Origin: Candidatus Pacearchaeota archaeon
Lineage (GTDB): Archaea > Nanobdellota > Nanobdellia > Pacearchaeales > GW2011-AR1
Direction: 5' to 3'
DNA: 64,000 nucleotides
Assembly: GCA_018303755.1 (NCBI GenBank)
Contig: JAGVXO010000006.1
Coordinates: 1,140 to 65,139, forward strand
A model generated the notes under the pieces. The model searched no databases. It was given only the letters and a program-made list of their open reading frames with translations, and was not told the origin of the DNA. Shown here one piece after another: positions 9,218 to 18,884 of the stretch. The position numbers were made by a program, and so were the translations under genes. Every line of letters begins with the position of its first letter. The first letter of the stretch is position 1.

Positions 9218-9649
9218 ATGGTATTTAAAATAAACCTATCTGAAAAAGGGAAAACTTACCACTTTGAGTCAGATTCAGAGTTTCTCATAGGAAAGAAAAT
9301 AGGTGAGAAATTCAGAGGCAATGAATTGCTTCCAGAACTTTCATCCTATGAACTTGAAATAAAGGGAACAAGTGATATAGCCGGGCTTCCTGGTTCAGAA
9401 CAGATTGAAGGACCTGCACTTGCAAGACTTCTTTTAAAAAAAGGCAAGTTTTTGAGAAGAGTGCCTCACAAAGGGTTTAGAAGAAAAAAGAGTGTGAGGG
9501 GCAATGAAATTTCTCTGAGCATTTCGCAGATTAATCTTTCTGTTGTAAAAAAAGGCACAAAAGCGCTTGAAGAGATTTTCCCAGAGCAGAATAAGAAAAA
9601 AGAAGAGAACAAACAGGAAATAAAAAAAGAGATTTCTGAAGCTATTTAA
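9218..9649 (+). CDS. rps6e: 30S ribosomal protein S6e
   Basis: MVFKINLSEKGKTYHFE...ELEIKGTSDIAGLPG and the basic region RRKKSVRGNEIS are typical of S6e. Confidence 0.9.
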   Translation: MVFKINLSEKGKTYHFESDSEFLIGKKIGEKFRGNELLPELSSYELEIKGTSDIAGLPGSEQIEGPALARLLLKKGKFLRRVPHKGFRRKKSVRGNEISLSISQINLSVVKKGTKALEEIFPEQNKKKEENKQEIKKEISEAI

Positions 9650-9677
9650 TTGAGAAAAGATACCTCTGTGAAAATAA

Positions 9678-10880
9678 TTACCTGTGCTTATTCAAATCTC
9701 TTTTAAAAATCTTCTTAATACTCACGATTCCAATAAGTGCCATCATTAATCCAGTTGTAAAATAATTTGTTGCAGATAATCCGTGTGCAGGCGGATGGCT
9801 TGATGAATCATAAGGATTTGTGCCGACAGAAGTTTCATATGTGTTGCTATAGCCGTCTCCATCAATATCTTCATCATAAATATCTGCAATTCCATCATGA
9901 TCCATATCAGTATTTCCATTAGGGCTGTATTGCAATGGCTGTCCAACCCAGGAGATTAATTGTTCTCTTGTTCTTGGAACATTCGAGCTAACCAGTGCAC
10001 CTCCATTATAATCAATAACTTCTTCTGCTGTTTGCAAGGCTCTGTGATAAGTTGTTCCGTCTTTTGAAATTGGGTTTGTTTCTGGAACAACCCAGGCATT
10101 TCCAACTAATGACTGCATATCAGAAATGCTTGTCAGATCTCTGATAACACTGACGCAACTGCTAAATTCATTATCTCCGCGAATAGTACCTGCATCAATT
10201 ACTGCAGAAGTTCGTATAGCATTTCCTCCGTTGAATAGATTTCCTCTTAAGGTGATAGTATTTTCATCTTTTGACAAGGGCGGGTGATAAGTGATATTTA
10301 ATGCATAACCAGAAGAAACATTAAATTGAGCATTTGTAATTGATACATCATATGCTGTATTAATCTGCATAGGACTATTTACTATGCACGAGTCGCATTG
10401 AAAATCTCCTAAAACTACTGCTGAAGCATCAACTGAAGGTGAGCCTTTTAGAGTTACATTATCTGTATAGAGCCCGATAGTTTCTCTTGCTAAAAATGGA
10501 GCTTCAATAACAGAAGAACTGCTTGACACTCCGCTTAAACAGACATATCTATCATTTATATCCACATAGCCTGATTGTGCTGTGCTGAATGTTCCTATAC
10601 CTACATGAACATTTACCCCTTTTTTAATCGTACCTTTTGGAGTGTAAGCTATTGATGCATCTCCTTTTATGCTAAAAGTATTTGTTAAAACATCATCAAT
10701 ATTTGTATAGACTCCTTTTGGTATTCCGTCAGGATATTGTTTATGCGCTTGCTCAGGAGTTATTAAATCAACACTAGTCCACTGAATGTCTGCAGGCAGA
10801 GTTACTGCAGCATATCCTACACCTAAACACCCTAATATTGCACTTGTTGCTCCAAGTCGTGCATAAGAATTCCTATCCAT
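9678..10880 (-). CDS. cell-surface protein (signal peptide, beta-rich region, Ca-binding Asp repeats, C-terminal TM anchor)
   Basis: Start chosen at MDRNSYARLGATSAILGCLG. DMDHDGIADIYDEDIDGDGYSNTYE resembles thrombospondin-type-3-like Ca-binding repeats. The C-terminal anchor is GLMMALIGIVSIKKIFKR. Confidence 0.6.
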   Translation of the reverse strand: MDRNSYARLGATSAILGCLGVGYAAVTLPADIQWTSVDLITPEQAHKQYPDGIPKGVYTNIDDVLTNTFSIKGDASIAYTPKGTIKKGVNVHVGIGTFSTAQSGYVDINDRYVCLSGVSSSSSVIEAPFLARETIGLYTDNVTLKGSPSVDASAVVLGDFQCDSCIVNSPMQINTAYDVSITNAQFNVSSGYALNITYHPPLSKDENTITLRGNLFNGGNAIRTSAVIDAGTIRGDNEFSSCVSVIRDLTSISDMQSLVGNAWVVPETNPISKDGTTYHRALQTAEEVIDYNGGALVSSNVPRTREQLISWVGQPLQYSPNGNTDMDHDGIADIYDEDIDGDGYSNTYETSVGTNPYDSSSHPPAHGLSATNYFTTGLMMALIGIVSIKKIFKRDLNKHR

Positions 10881-10929
10881 AAAGATTCTATAAGGGATTA
10901 GTTTAAATAGTTTTCTTTGTTTTTTTAAA

Positions 10930-11214
10930 ATGGTTGCAGATAAAATTTCTATGCAGAAACTTATGAAATATCTTAATTTAACAAATAAGGCATTGGAGAT
11001 TATAAAAAATAAAATAATCAAAAGCAGAGAAAGTGAAGCAAAAAAAATTATCGAAATGGCAGCTAATTACTTAAGTGATGCAGCTCATTTTGAAAAAAAA
11101 GGAGATTTTGTAAATGCCTTTGCAGCTGTAAATTACGCGCACGGATGGATTGATGCAGGCGTCCGCCTTGGAATTTTTGATGTAAATGACAATAAAATTT
11201 TTACTGTGAAATAA
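10930..11214 (+). CDS. small conserved archaeal protein (DUF357-like)
   Basis: The family assignment is from memory of the motif FAAVNYAHGWIDAGVRLG. Confidence 0.5.
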   Translation: MVADKISMQKLMKYLNLTNKALEIIKNKIIKSRESEAKKIIEMAANYLSDAAHFEKKGDFVNAFAAVNYAHGWIDAGVRLGIFDVNDNKIFTVK

Positions 11215-11275
11215 AAAGATAAAACAATAAAATCATCACCATAAATTATTAATAATCATAGTTAAATAATAAATT

Positions 11276-12481
11276 ATGGAATTTAGTGATAAACCATTGG
11301 CTTACAGAATGCGCCCGAAATCAATTGAAGAATTTGTTGGGCAGGAGCATCTTACCGGAGAAGGCAAACCGATAAAAATAATGGTTGAATCGGGAAAAAT
11401 AAACAGTTCAATGATTTTCTGGGGTCCTCCTGGATGCGGAAAAACAACTCTTGCAAAAATAATTTCAAGAGCAGTTGATGCAGAGTTTGTTGAAATTTCA
11501 GCTGTTTCAGCAGGAAAAGAAGATATAAAAAAGGCAATTAATCAGGCAAAGCTGTTTAATAAAAAAACAATTCTCTTTTTAGATGAAATTCACAGATTTA
11601 ACAAAGCACAGCAGGATTTTCTTCTGCCTTATGTTGAAAAAGGAATACTTGCATTAATTGGGGCTACAACAGAGAATCCGAGTTTTGAAGTTATATCTGC
11701 ACTTTTGTCACGTTCAAGAGTATTTGTTCTTAACCGCCTTAATGAAAATGATTTGCTTAGGATAATTTCTAATGCTATTGAAAATGCAAGGGGATTAAAT
11801 AATAAAATAAACCTTAGTGAAGATAATAAAAAACTCATTGCGGTTCTTTCAAATGGAGATGCAAGAAATGCCCTGAACATACTTGAGCTGGCAGTTTCTT
11901 TAAGCAAAGAAAACGAAATAACAAAACAATCAATTTTAGATTCTACACAAAAAACTTCACTTGTTTATGACAAAAATGGAGAAGAGCATTATAATATAAT
12001 TTCAGCTATGCATAAATCTCTCAGAGATTCTGATGCTGATGGAGCAATTTACTGGGTGATGAGAATGATTGAAGCAGGCGAGGATCCAAAGTATATTGTG
12101 AGAAGAATGATTAGGTTTGCATCAGAAGATGTTGGCAACGCAGATACAAATGCCCTTGCTGTGGCGATTTCTGCAAAAAATGCTGTGGAATTTTTGGGTT
12201 ATCCTGAATGCGATACTGCACTTATACAATGCGCAGCTTATCTGGCAAATGCAAAAAAATCAAATTCGTGTTATGTCGCAGTAAATAAAGCAAGAGCAGA
12301 TATAAAAGAAACAGGAAATCTTCCAGTTCCACTTCATTTAAGAAATGCAGAAACAAATTTAATGAAAGAGCTCGGCTATGGAAAAGGATATAAGTATGCC
12401 CATAACTTTCCTGAAGCAAAAGTCGAGCAGGAGCATATGCCTGAAGAGCTGAAAGGAAAAAAGTATTACGAGGAGAAATGA
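11276..12481 (+). CDS. rarA: replication-associated recombination protein A (MgsA/RarA AAA+ ATPase)
   Basis: FWGPPGCGKTTLAKII and LFLDEIHRFNKAQQD are present. The MgsA C-terminal region is HYNIISAMHKSLRDSDADGAIYW. Confidence 0.9.
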   Translation: MEFSDKPLAYRMRPKSIEEFVGQEHLTGEGKPIKIMVESGKINSSMIFWGPPGCGKTTLAKIISRAVDAEFVEISAVSAGKEDIKKAINQAKLFNKKTILFLDEIHRFNKAQQDFLLPYVEKGILALIGATTENPSFEVISALLSRSRVFVLNRLNENDLLRIISNAIENARGLNNKINLSEDNKKLIAVLSNGDARNALNILELAVSLSKENEITKQSILDSTQKTSLVYDKNGEEHYNIISAMHKSLRDSDADGAIYWVMRMIEAGEDPKYIVRRMIRFASEDVGNADTNALAVAISAKNAVEFLGYPECDTALIQCAAYLANAKKSNSCYVAVNKARADIKETGNLPVPLHLRNAETNLMKELGYGKGYKYAHNFPEAKVEQEHMPEELKGKKYYEEK

Positions 12482-12537
12482 TTTCTTAAGAATTAATCAA
12501 GGAATAAATTTATAAACACAGAATTTCTGTATTAATT

Positions 12538-13098
12538 ATGAGCTTGATTTGGATTTGGGCAACTTCTGTGGGAATTGTTGCATTAATTGTTATTATGTTT
12601 GTTTATTATTACAACAAATTTGTTACAAAGGGCTTAAGAATCGATAATTCCCTTGCACAGATTGATGTTCAGCTTAAGAAAAGAGCAGATTTAGTCCCTA
12701 ATTTAATTGAAACAGTCAAGGGATATGCAAAGCACGAAAAAGGAATAATGGAAGATGTTACAAAAGCGCGAAAGGCGCTTCTTTCTGCAAAAGACATTCC
12801 TTCAAAAGTTCGGGCAGGAGACCAATTGCAAAATGCATTAAAATCGATTTTTGCAATAGCTGAAAATTATCCTCAGTTAAGAGCAAATGAAAATTTCTTG
12901 CAGCTGCAAAATGAATTGTCTGCAATAGAAGACAAAGTGGCTTATGCAAGGCAGTATTACAATGACACAATACTTGACTTCAATAATTCAGTAAAAGTAT
13001 TTCCTGGAAAATTCTTTGCTTCATTGTATAGTGTAAAAGAACGCCCATTTTTGGAAATAGCAGAAAGAGAAAGGGCAGTGCCGAAAGTTAGTTTTTAA
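12538..13098 (+). CDS. lemA: LemA family protein
   Basis: An N-terminal TM helix is followed by YNKFV...IDVQLKKRADLVPNLIETVKGYAKHE...NYPQLRANENF. Confidence 0.9.
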   Translation: MSLIWIWATSVGIVALIVIMFVYYYNKFVTKGLRIDNSLAQIDVQLKKRADLVPNLIETVKGYAKHEKGIMEDVTKARKALLSAKDIPSKVRAGDQLQNALKSIFAIAENYPQLRANENFLQLQNELSAIEDKVAYARQYYNDTILDFNNSVKVFPGKFFASLYSVKERPFLEIAERERAVPKVSF

Positions 13099-13140
13099 CT
13101 TTTCTTTAAAATCTTTTGTATATGAAATCCTGACAAGATA

Positions 13141-13232
13141 ATTTTTTCTAACATCCAATAATTCTGCCTTATTCAACATCTTTTCATTTAAGGTTATTTT
13201 GTTAAATGGTGTTTTATAAATTTTTAATATAT
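13141..13232 (-). repeat. IGR3B partial copy, reverse
   Basis: TTTTTTCTAACATCCAATAATTCTGCCTTATTCAACATCTTTTC..., 43 nt after the lemA stop. Confidence 0.65.
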
Positions 13233-13247
13233 AATAGAATTAAGATT

Positions 13248-13592
13248 TCAAGGTTTTTCCCGCTCTACTCCAAACTCTTCAAGAAGCCCGTATAATTGCA
13301 GTTCGTTATATGCCCCTCGAATATCTTCTCTTAGAATTAATTTGCTTTCATGACTCATTGCTCTTCTTTGCGCGCAGTCGTAAAGAAGTATTTCAAAACT
13401 TCCTCTTGCATCTTCTGTCTGCATAGGCAAAGCATCTCTAAGGTTTGCAGCTATTCCTTTTGCATCATCAGTTAAATAATACTTTGGTTTATCCCGTAAA
13501 TATTCATTTAACCAACTAGTCATTCTGTAAAACCAGTTTTTTGTCATAGATAACCATTCTTTTAATACTATAAAAAGACTATTGCAATACAA
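13248..13592 (-). CDS. hypothetical orphan protein
   Basis: 114-aa ORF (alternative start MTKNWFY at 13547). It is bracketed by two repeat-family copies and lies between lemA and htpX. Confidence 0.5.
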   Translation of the reverse strand: MYCNSLFIVLKEWLSMTKNWFYRMTSWLNEYLRDKPKYYLTDDAKGIAANLRDALPMQTEDARGSFEILLYDCAQRRAMSHESKLILREDIRGAYNELQLYGLLEEFGVEREKP

Positions 13593-13624
13593 AACGATAA
13601 ATAGGATATCAAGATCTCAAGAAA

Positions 13625-13705
13625 CAGAATAATCTATTTTACTAACATCCCATATTTTGCCTTATTTTAAGTTTGTCTATTGGTGTTTTTTCTTTTTTCA
13701 TTTTA
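13625..13705 (-). repeat. IGR3B partial copy, reverse
   Basis: TTTTACTAACATCCCATATTTTGCCTTATTTTAAGTTTGTCTATTGGTGTTTTTTCTTTTTTCATTTTA is nearly the reverse complement of 21466..21530. Confidence 0.7.
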
Positions 13706-13741
13706 TCAAAGATAAAAAACCTTTATAAATAATCTTTTACT

Positions 13742-14650
13742 ATGCAGATTATGGAACCGGCAAGAATTATATTTTATGACCAGATTGCACGAAACAAAAG
13801 AAACTCTGTTTTTCTTATGATTATCATAATTGCGATTTTTATTTTATTTGGATTTGTTATAGGCATGGCTTTTGGAAGAGATTATTTTATATTTATAATG
13901 ATTGTTTCAATAATTATTTCTATATTATATGTGTGGATTGGGTTTTATAATTCTGACAAAATCGCGCTCGCATCTGTTGGCGCAAAACCTGCTGACAGAA
14001 ATGCTTACAGAAATTTGTATAACTCGGTCGAATCAATGTCCCTTGCATCAGGAATGCCAATGCCAAGAGTGTATATTATGCCAGGAAGTCAGATAAATGC
14101 CTTTGCAACAGGGCGCAATCCTAAAAGTTCTGTGATTTGCGTGACAGAAGGTGCATTTGAAAAGCTTGATAAAAGAGAGCTTGAAGGGGTTATTGCACAT
14201 GAAATGAGTCATATTGCGAATTATGACATACGATTTATGACCCTGACTGCTGTGCTGGTTGGGATGATTGCAATTATTTCTGAGATATTCTTAAGGAGTT
14301 TGCATTTTTCAGGCGGAAATGACAGGGATAATAAAGCACAGATTATTTTTATTTTAATTGGAATACTTCTCGCAATTCTTGCGCCAATAGTCACTTATCT
14401 TGTTCAGATGGCAATATCAAGAAAGAGGGAATTCAGTGCAGATGCAACAGCAATTAAATTCACGCGCTCGCCGACAGGATTAGTTGGAGCTTTAAGAAAA
14501 ATCAAAAATGATTCTTCGTCAGAAAAAGTCCGCGTAAGCAAGGCAGTCGCGCCTTTGTTTATGTCTGATCCTTTTAAGCGTGACTTGAGCAATTTGTGGA
14601 GCACTCATCCGCCGATTGATAAAAGAATACAAATTTTAGAGAAGATGTGA
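13742..14650 (+). CDS. htpX: M48-family zinc metalloprotease, HtpX homolog
   Basis: HEMSHIANYD (HExxH), four TM segments, and C-terminal STHPPIDKRI. Confidence 0.85.
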   Translation: MQIMEPARIIFYDQIARNKRNSVFLMIIIIAIFILFGFVIGMAFGRDYFIFIMIVSIIISILYVWIGFYNSDKIALASVGAKPADRNAYRNLYNSVESMSLASGMPMPRVYIMPGSQINAFATGRNPKSSVICVTEGAFEKLDKRELEGVIAHEMSHIANYDIRFMTLTAVLVGMIAIISEIFLRSLHFSGGNDRDNKAQIIFILIGILLAILAPIVTYLVQMAISRKREFSADATAIKFTRSPTGLVGALRKIKNDSSSEKVRVSKAVAPLFMSDPFKRDLSNLWSTHPPIDKRIQILEKM

Positions 14651-14687
14651 TTCTTTAAGAATGTATTATTTAATGCTCGTAAAGATA

Positions 14688-15440
14688 CTATTTTTTAATG
14701 TTGTCATGTAGTTTTTCCAATACCCCCAGCTTCCCAAAGTTATAATATTGATTATCTTCTCCAATTGCATGCACTTCAAAATTCAGAAGCTGTGCAGGAG
14801 GAATAAAACACCTGTCATCAGACAAATGTTCATTCAGGCTTGTACCTGTATTAATCTCTCCAAAACTTGGAAGTATGATAAACTCTTTTCCGAGATATTT
14901 TCCTGCAAGAAAACACTTGTATTTTTCTGATTTTATTTTCTGTGAATCTTTAAGTGCTATTGCAGGATGAAGATGCCCCATCACAACTATTTCAATTTCG
15001 GGGGATAGAATCTCTTTATGCATAACATCTCCGTGGATAAATGCAAAACTTCCTTTTACATAAAAATCAAGGAGTTTTTGATAGGCAAAGTCCATTCTTT
15101 TTTCATGATTGCCTTTTATGACAATTAATTCAGGATTATCAGCCGTTTTACCAATTTCATCAATAAGCTCGACAAATAAATCCCTTTCAATTTTTTTATA
15201 AGCAAAAAAGTGCTTGATATCTCCGAGAAAAACAACTGTTTTAATATCCCTTTTTCGTTTTTTAATGTCTTCAATAATTTTTTTCAGTTCATCTTTCATA
15301 TTTTCAAATTCAGAATAAGGAATCTGAATATCTGCATTATTTATAAGGAATTCATATCCTAAATGCAAATCTCCGATTGCGAGTGTTTTAATTTCGGGGA
15401 TATATAATGCTTTGCTTATGAAAATGTATTTGGGGTTCAT
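14688..15440 (-). CDS. calcineurin-like metallophosphoesterase (Lhr-associated MPE type)
   Basis: Motifs GDLHLG, LGDIKH, KGNHE and GHLHP are present. It lies 8 bp downstream of lhr on the same strand. Confidence 0.8.
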   Translation of the reverse strand: MNPKYIFISKALYIPEIKTLAIGDLHLGYEFLINNADIQIPYSEFENMKDELKKIIEDIKKRKRDIKTVVFLGDIKHFFAYKKIERDLFVELIDEIGKTADNPELIVIKGNHEKRMDFAYQKLLDFYVKGSFAFIHGDVMHKEILSPEIEIVVMGHLHPAIALKDSQKIKSEKYKCFLAGKYLGKEFIILPSFGEINTGTSLNEHLSDDRCFIPPAQLLNFEVHAIGEDNQYYNFGKLGVLEKLHDNIKK

Positions 15441-15448
15441 TTTACAAT

Positions 15449-18040
15449 TTAAACACTTTTTCTCCCTTCAATTAATTTTATGTGCAGTTCGTGCATTCTT
15501 TTCAAGAATGCCTGCTTGTCCTCAATTCTTATCAAGTCCGTATGCCCTTGAATGAGCAAGTTAAGCGTAAATGGTGAAGGCAATTTAACCTCTATTATTT
15601 CTATTTTTATCATTTTATCATTAATTCTTTTTATCACTCTTTTCGCATTTTCAATATCCATCAAGTCCTCTAAAACCTCTCTTCTTGCTTCTTTTAATAT
15701 TGGAAAATTTTTAGATATTTTTCTGACAGCATTCAGCAGAAAATGGCTTTTCATCTGCTGTTTGCCGACGCTTTTGTCATGCCCTTTATAATTTCTAAGT
15801 ATCATAAGAGAGCGTGCAGCGCAGTGCCTGAATCTTCTCGCAAGTATGTCTGTTCTTTCAATTGCCTCTGTCAGCACTTCTTCAAGATTTTCGTCTGTAA
15901 GAAATTTAAGCGCTTTTTCAATTTGCAATTTTTCTCCTGCAAAATAAAATCCATTGTCATTTATTCCAATCTCAATATCTCTTCCGCCTGCCTGTGCCAT
16001 CAAATATCCGAGCGCTCTTGAAATTGCATCATTAACTCTTCTTCCATACATACTGCTGACTAAAAGATAATTTTTTTCTCCTTTGAATTTTTCAATTATT
16101 ATTTTTTCAGGAGTTGGAATCTCGGAAAATTTAAATTGTTCGTAAAAATAATTGTAAATCGCCTCTGCAGAAGAATCTTCAACATATAGATAATTTTTTA
16201 TAAATTCAATAATTCCTGCCTTGCTTTTTTTCTCAAACATTCTTTTATTAATCATGCCTCGAAATTTATTTATTTCGTTTGCAGAATCAAAGCTTAGCGG
16301 AAGCATTTCAGAAAACCAGGATGGAATTGTCGGATTTCTGTGAATTGCAGTTTTGACATAAAGATTCATTCCTTTTACATAACCATACTCATATTTGCTT
16401 CCTCCTAAAACAAATACATCTCCTCTTTTCATTCTTTCAAGAAAGCCCTCATCAATCGCGCCTATTTTTTCTCCTGCAGGCGCCAGCTTAACAGTTATAT
16501 ATGCCTCTTCTGGGATTGTGCCTATGTTTGTCATATAAATAACTCTCGCGAGCTTTCCTTTTTTGCCAATCATTTTAGTTTCTTCATCATACCATATTTT
16601 TCCATAAACATTGCTTTTTTCTAATGCGTACTCTCCTGCGAGGTAGCTTATTATGTCATAAAAATCATTCTTGCTTAATGTAGAATAACAATAACTTTTT
16701 TTAATAAGGGCAAAAATCTCATTAATATTCCACTGCTTGTAAATCGCCATGCCATATATCTGCTGTGCAAGAACATCAAGGCAATTTTTTGGAAAGGTAA
16801 TTTTATCTATTTTTCTTTCAATAACTTCTTTTTGAATTACTGCGCATTCTACTAAATCATCTCTGTCAGCTACAATAAATCTTCCTTTTGCAGTTTCGTG
16901 CAGTTTATGCCCTGCTCTGCCTATTCTTTGCAGCGCACGAGAAGATGCTTTAGGAGAGCCGAGCATTAAAACCAAGTCAATATATCCTATATCGATTCCC
17001 AACTCTAAACTTGTGCTGCACACAACTACTTTTATTTTGCCCTCTCTTAATCTTTCTTCTATGTCGAAACGTATTGTCTTGCTTAGAGAAGAATGATGCG
17101 CAGCAATATTATCATCTCCGTAAATTGCAGGAAATTTATCTTTTAAATGTGTTACAACTCTTTCTGTTCCTGCGCGCGTGTTTGTGAAAACAAGGGTTGT
17201 TTTGTGCTCTTGAATTAATTTATCAAGAAGAACATACATTTCTGAAGTTAAATTTTCATCATCAATAATATTTTTTACAGGAGTTAAAACCGCCAAATCT
17301 ATTTTCTTGGATAGAGGAACTTCAGCAATTTCAACATCCCTAAATTCCTCAATTCCAACAAGAAATTTTGCAACTTCCTCAAGAGGAGCAATTGTTGCGC
17401 TTAATCCTATTTTTACAGGCCAGATTTTGCTTACTTCATTTAATCTTTCAAGACTTATGCTTAGATATACTCCTCTTTTATTGCTTAGAGCGTGTATTTC
17501 ATCAACAATGCAGAATTCAACTGCTTTAAATGATTCAATAAAATTTTTGGTGGTAAGCACAATAGCAAGAGATTCTGGAGTTGTTATAAGGATATGTGGA
17601 GGATTTTTAGCCATTTTAACTCTTTCTGCAGGAGTTGTGTCACCTGTTCTTAATCCCACTCTTATTTTTTGCAGTTTAATTCCTTTTTTTTCTGCAAGCG
17701 CAGTTATTTCATTAAGAGGTTCTTCAAGATTTTTATGAATATCATTTGAAAGCGCCTTAAGAGGAGAAGTATAAACCGCATAAACTTTATTTTCAAGCTC
17801 TCCTTTTTCAGCAAGCATAACCAGGTAATTTATTATTGAAAGAAAAGCAGTCAGAGTTTTTGTGCCTCCTGTTGGTGCAGAAATTAAAATGTTTTTTCTT
17901 TCCCATATTGCAGAAACACCATATCTTTGAGTAATTGAAAATTCCTTAAACTTTGAAAAAAACCACTCTTTAACAAGAGGATGCAAAAGCCCGGCTATCT
18001 CAGCATCTTTTCTTTCTACAGCTCTTGCAATCTTTGTCAT
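15449..18040 (-). CDS. lhr: Lhr-family ATP-dependent DExH helicase
   Basis: SAPTGGTKT, VDEIHAL, LSATIAP, AAHHSSLS...STSLELGIDIG...LQRIGRAGH, plus the long Lhr-type C-terminal domain. Confidence 0.88.
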   Translation of the reverse strand: MTKIARAVERKDAEIAGLLHPLVKEWFFSKFKEFSITQRYGVSAIWERKNILISAPTGGTKTLTAFLSIINYLVMLAEKGELENKVYAVYTSPLKALSNDIHKNLEEPLNEITALAEKKGIKLQKIRVGLRTGDTTPAERVKMAKNPPHILITTPESLAIVLTTKNFIESFKAVEFCIVDEIHALSNKRGVYLSISLERLNEVSKIWPVKIGLSATIAPLEEVAKFLVGIEEFRDVEIAEVPLSKKIDLAVLTPVKNIIDDENLTSEMYVLLDKLIQEHKTTLVFTNTRAGTERVVTHLKDKFPAIYGDDNIAAHHSSLSKTIRFDIEERLREGKIKVVVCSTSLELGIDIGYIDLVLMLGSPKASSRALQRIGRAGHKLHETAKGRFIVADRDDLVECAVIQKEVIERKIDKITFPKNCLDVLAQQIYGMAIYKQWNINEIFALIKKSYCYSTLSKNDFYDIISYLAGEYALEKSNVYGKIWYDEETKMIGKKGKLARVIYMTNIGTIPEEAYITVKLAPAGEKIGAIDEGFLERMKRGDVFVLGGSKYEYGYVKGMNLYVKTAIHRNPTIPSWFSEMLPLSFDSANEINKFRGMINKRMFEKKSKAGIIEFIKNYLYVEDSSAEAIYNYFYEQFKFSEIPTPEKIIIEKFKGEKNYLLVSSMYGRRVNDAISRALGYLMAQAGGRDIEIGINDNGFYFAGEKLQIEKALKFLTDENLEEVLTEAIERTDILARRFRHCAARSLMILRNYKGHDKSVGKQQMKSHFLLNAVRKISKNFPILKEARREVLEDLMDIENAKRVIKRINDKMIKIEIIEVKLPSPFTLNLLIQGHTDLIRIEDKQAFLKRMHELHIKLIEGRKSV

Positions 18041-18093
18041 TTTAAGAATAAGAACCGATAGTTTAATTAATTTTAATTAAGCACAACATGGAT

Positions 18094-18693
18094 TTATATA
18101 ATTTGCCTATCCTCTTTTAACTCTTTTCTGGCAAGAATATATGCAATAACAGAAGCAAGTATTGAAGTAAGGATTATGATCAAAGTTGTAACAGTCTTTT
18201 GGTCAAAAGGAATCAAGGCAATTCTGACAGAATAAATGCCAAATATAAACAAAGTAAAATAAAAAATAATCAAGGAAAGAGTTTTCCAACCACTTATCCC
18301 ACTTTCTTCAATCACATCTCTTAAATAAACTGCAAGTGCAAAACCAATTGAAATAAGAACCAGAGAAGTTGTGAATGCCGGTATGACTATCAAGACATTA
18401 TCTACAAATGTTGTGAGCATTGAAATCTGCAGACGTCTTATGGCAAAATTTGCAAACACAATATAAATTGAAATTTCAACAATTAAAAGAAAGAGAATGA
18501 TAAAACTCGGGCGTATCTTCTTGTCCAAATTCAGCTTGCCAGCCAATTTTTTCAGAGAAAATTTAATAAACTTGCCAATGATTACCCCAAGAACAATTAT
18601 TGCCAATGTCACAAGCCCGTTTAATAAAAAGGTATTAATATTTGCCCCAGCTATTTCTCCATATTGATTAAGAAGAGTATTATTAATCTCCAT
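18094..18693 (-). CDS. integral membrane protein
   Basis: 199 aa with about 5 predicted hydrophobic helices. No catalytic motif. Confidence 0.5.
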   Translation of the reverse strand: MEINNTLLNQYGEIAGANINTFLLNGLVTLAIIVLGVIIGKFIKFSLKKLAGKLNLDKKIRPSFIILFLLIVEISIYIVFANFAIRRLQISMLTTFVDNVLIVIPAFTTSLVLISIGFALAVYLRDVIEESGISGWKTLSLIIFYFTLFIFGIYSVRIALIPFDQKTVTTLIIILTSILASVIAYILARKELKEDRQII

Positions 18694-18884
18694 AATAAGC
18701 TAAAGAGTTTTAAGTTTAAAAATATGGCGATTTTCGCTAAAAAATCATTTATTCCAGATTTCTAAGAATTATTATGTTAGAATCTTATTATTTTAACATT
18801 ATCTATTAAAAAATATGAAGAATTAATATATGAATAGATTATGATTTAGGAATAAAAATAAGTGCACCGAATGCGCACAATTAA

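Noticed and set aside
15552-17738. Plus-strand ORFs inside lhr (15552..15791, 15743..16021, 17307..17738). Similar antisense ORFs lie inside herA-like, uppP, rarA, GT, infB, hisS, scpA, ppsA and other genes.
   Set aside because: They are fully nested antisense to long genes with strong motif support. They are low-complexity S/L/F/I-rich translations typical of the reverse strand of AT-rich coding DNA.
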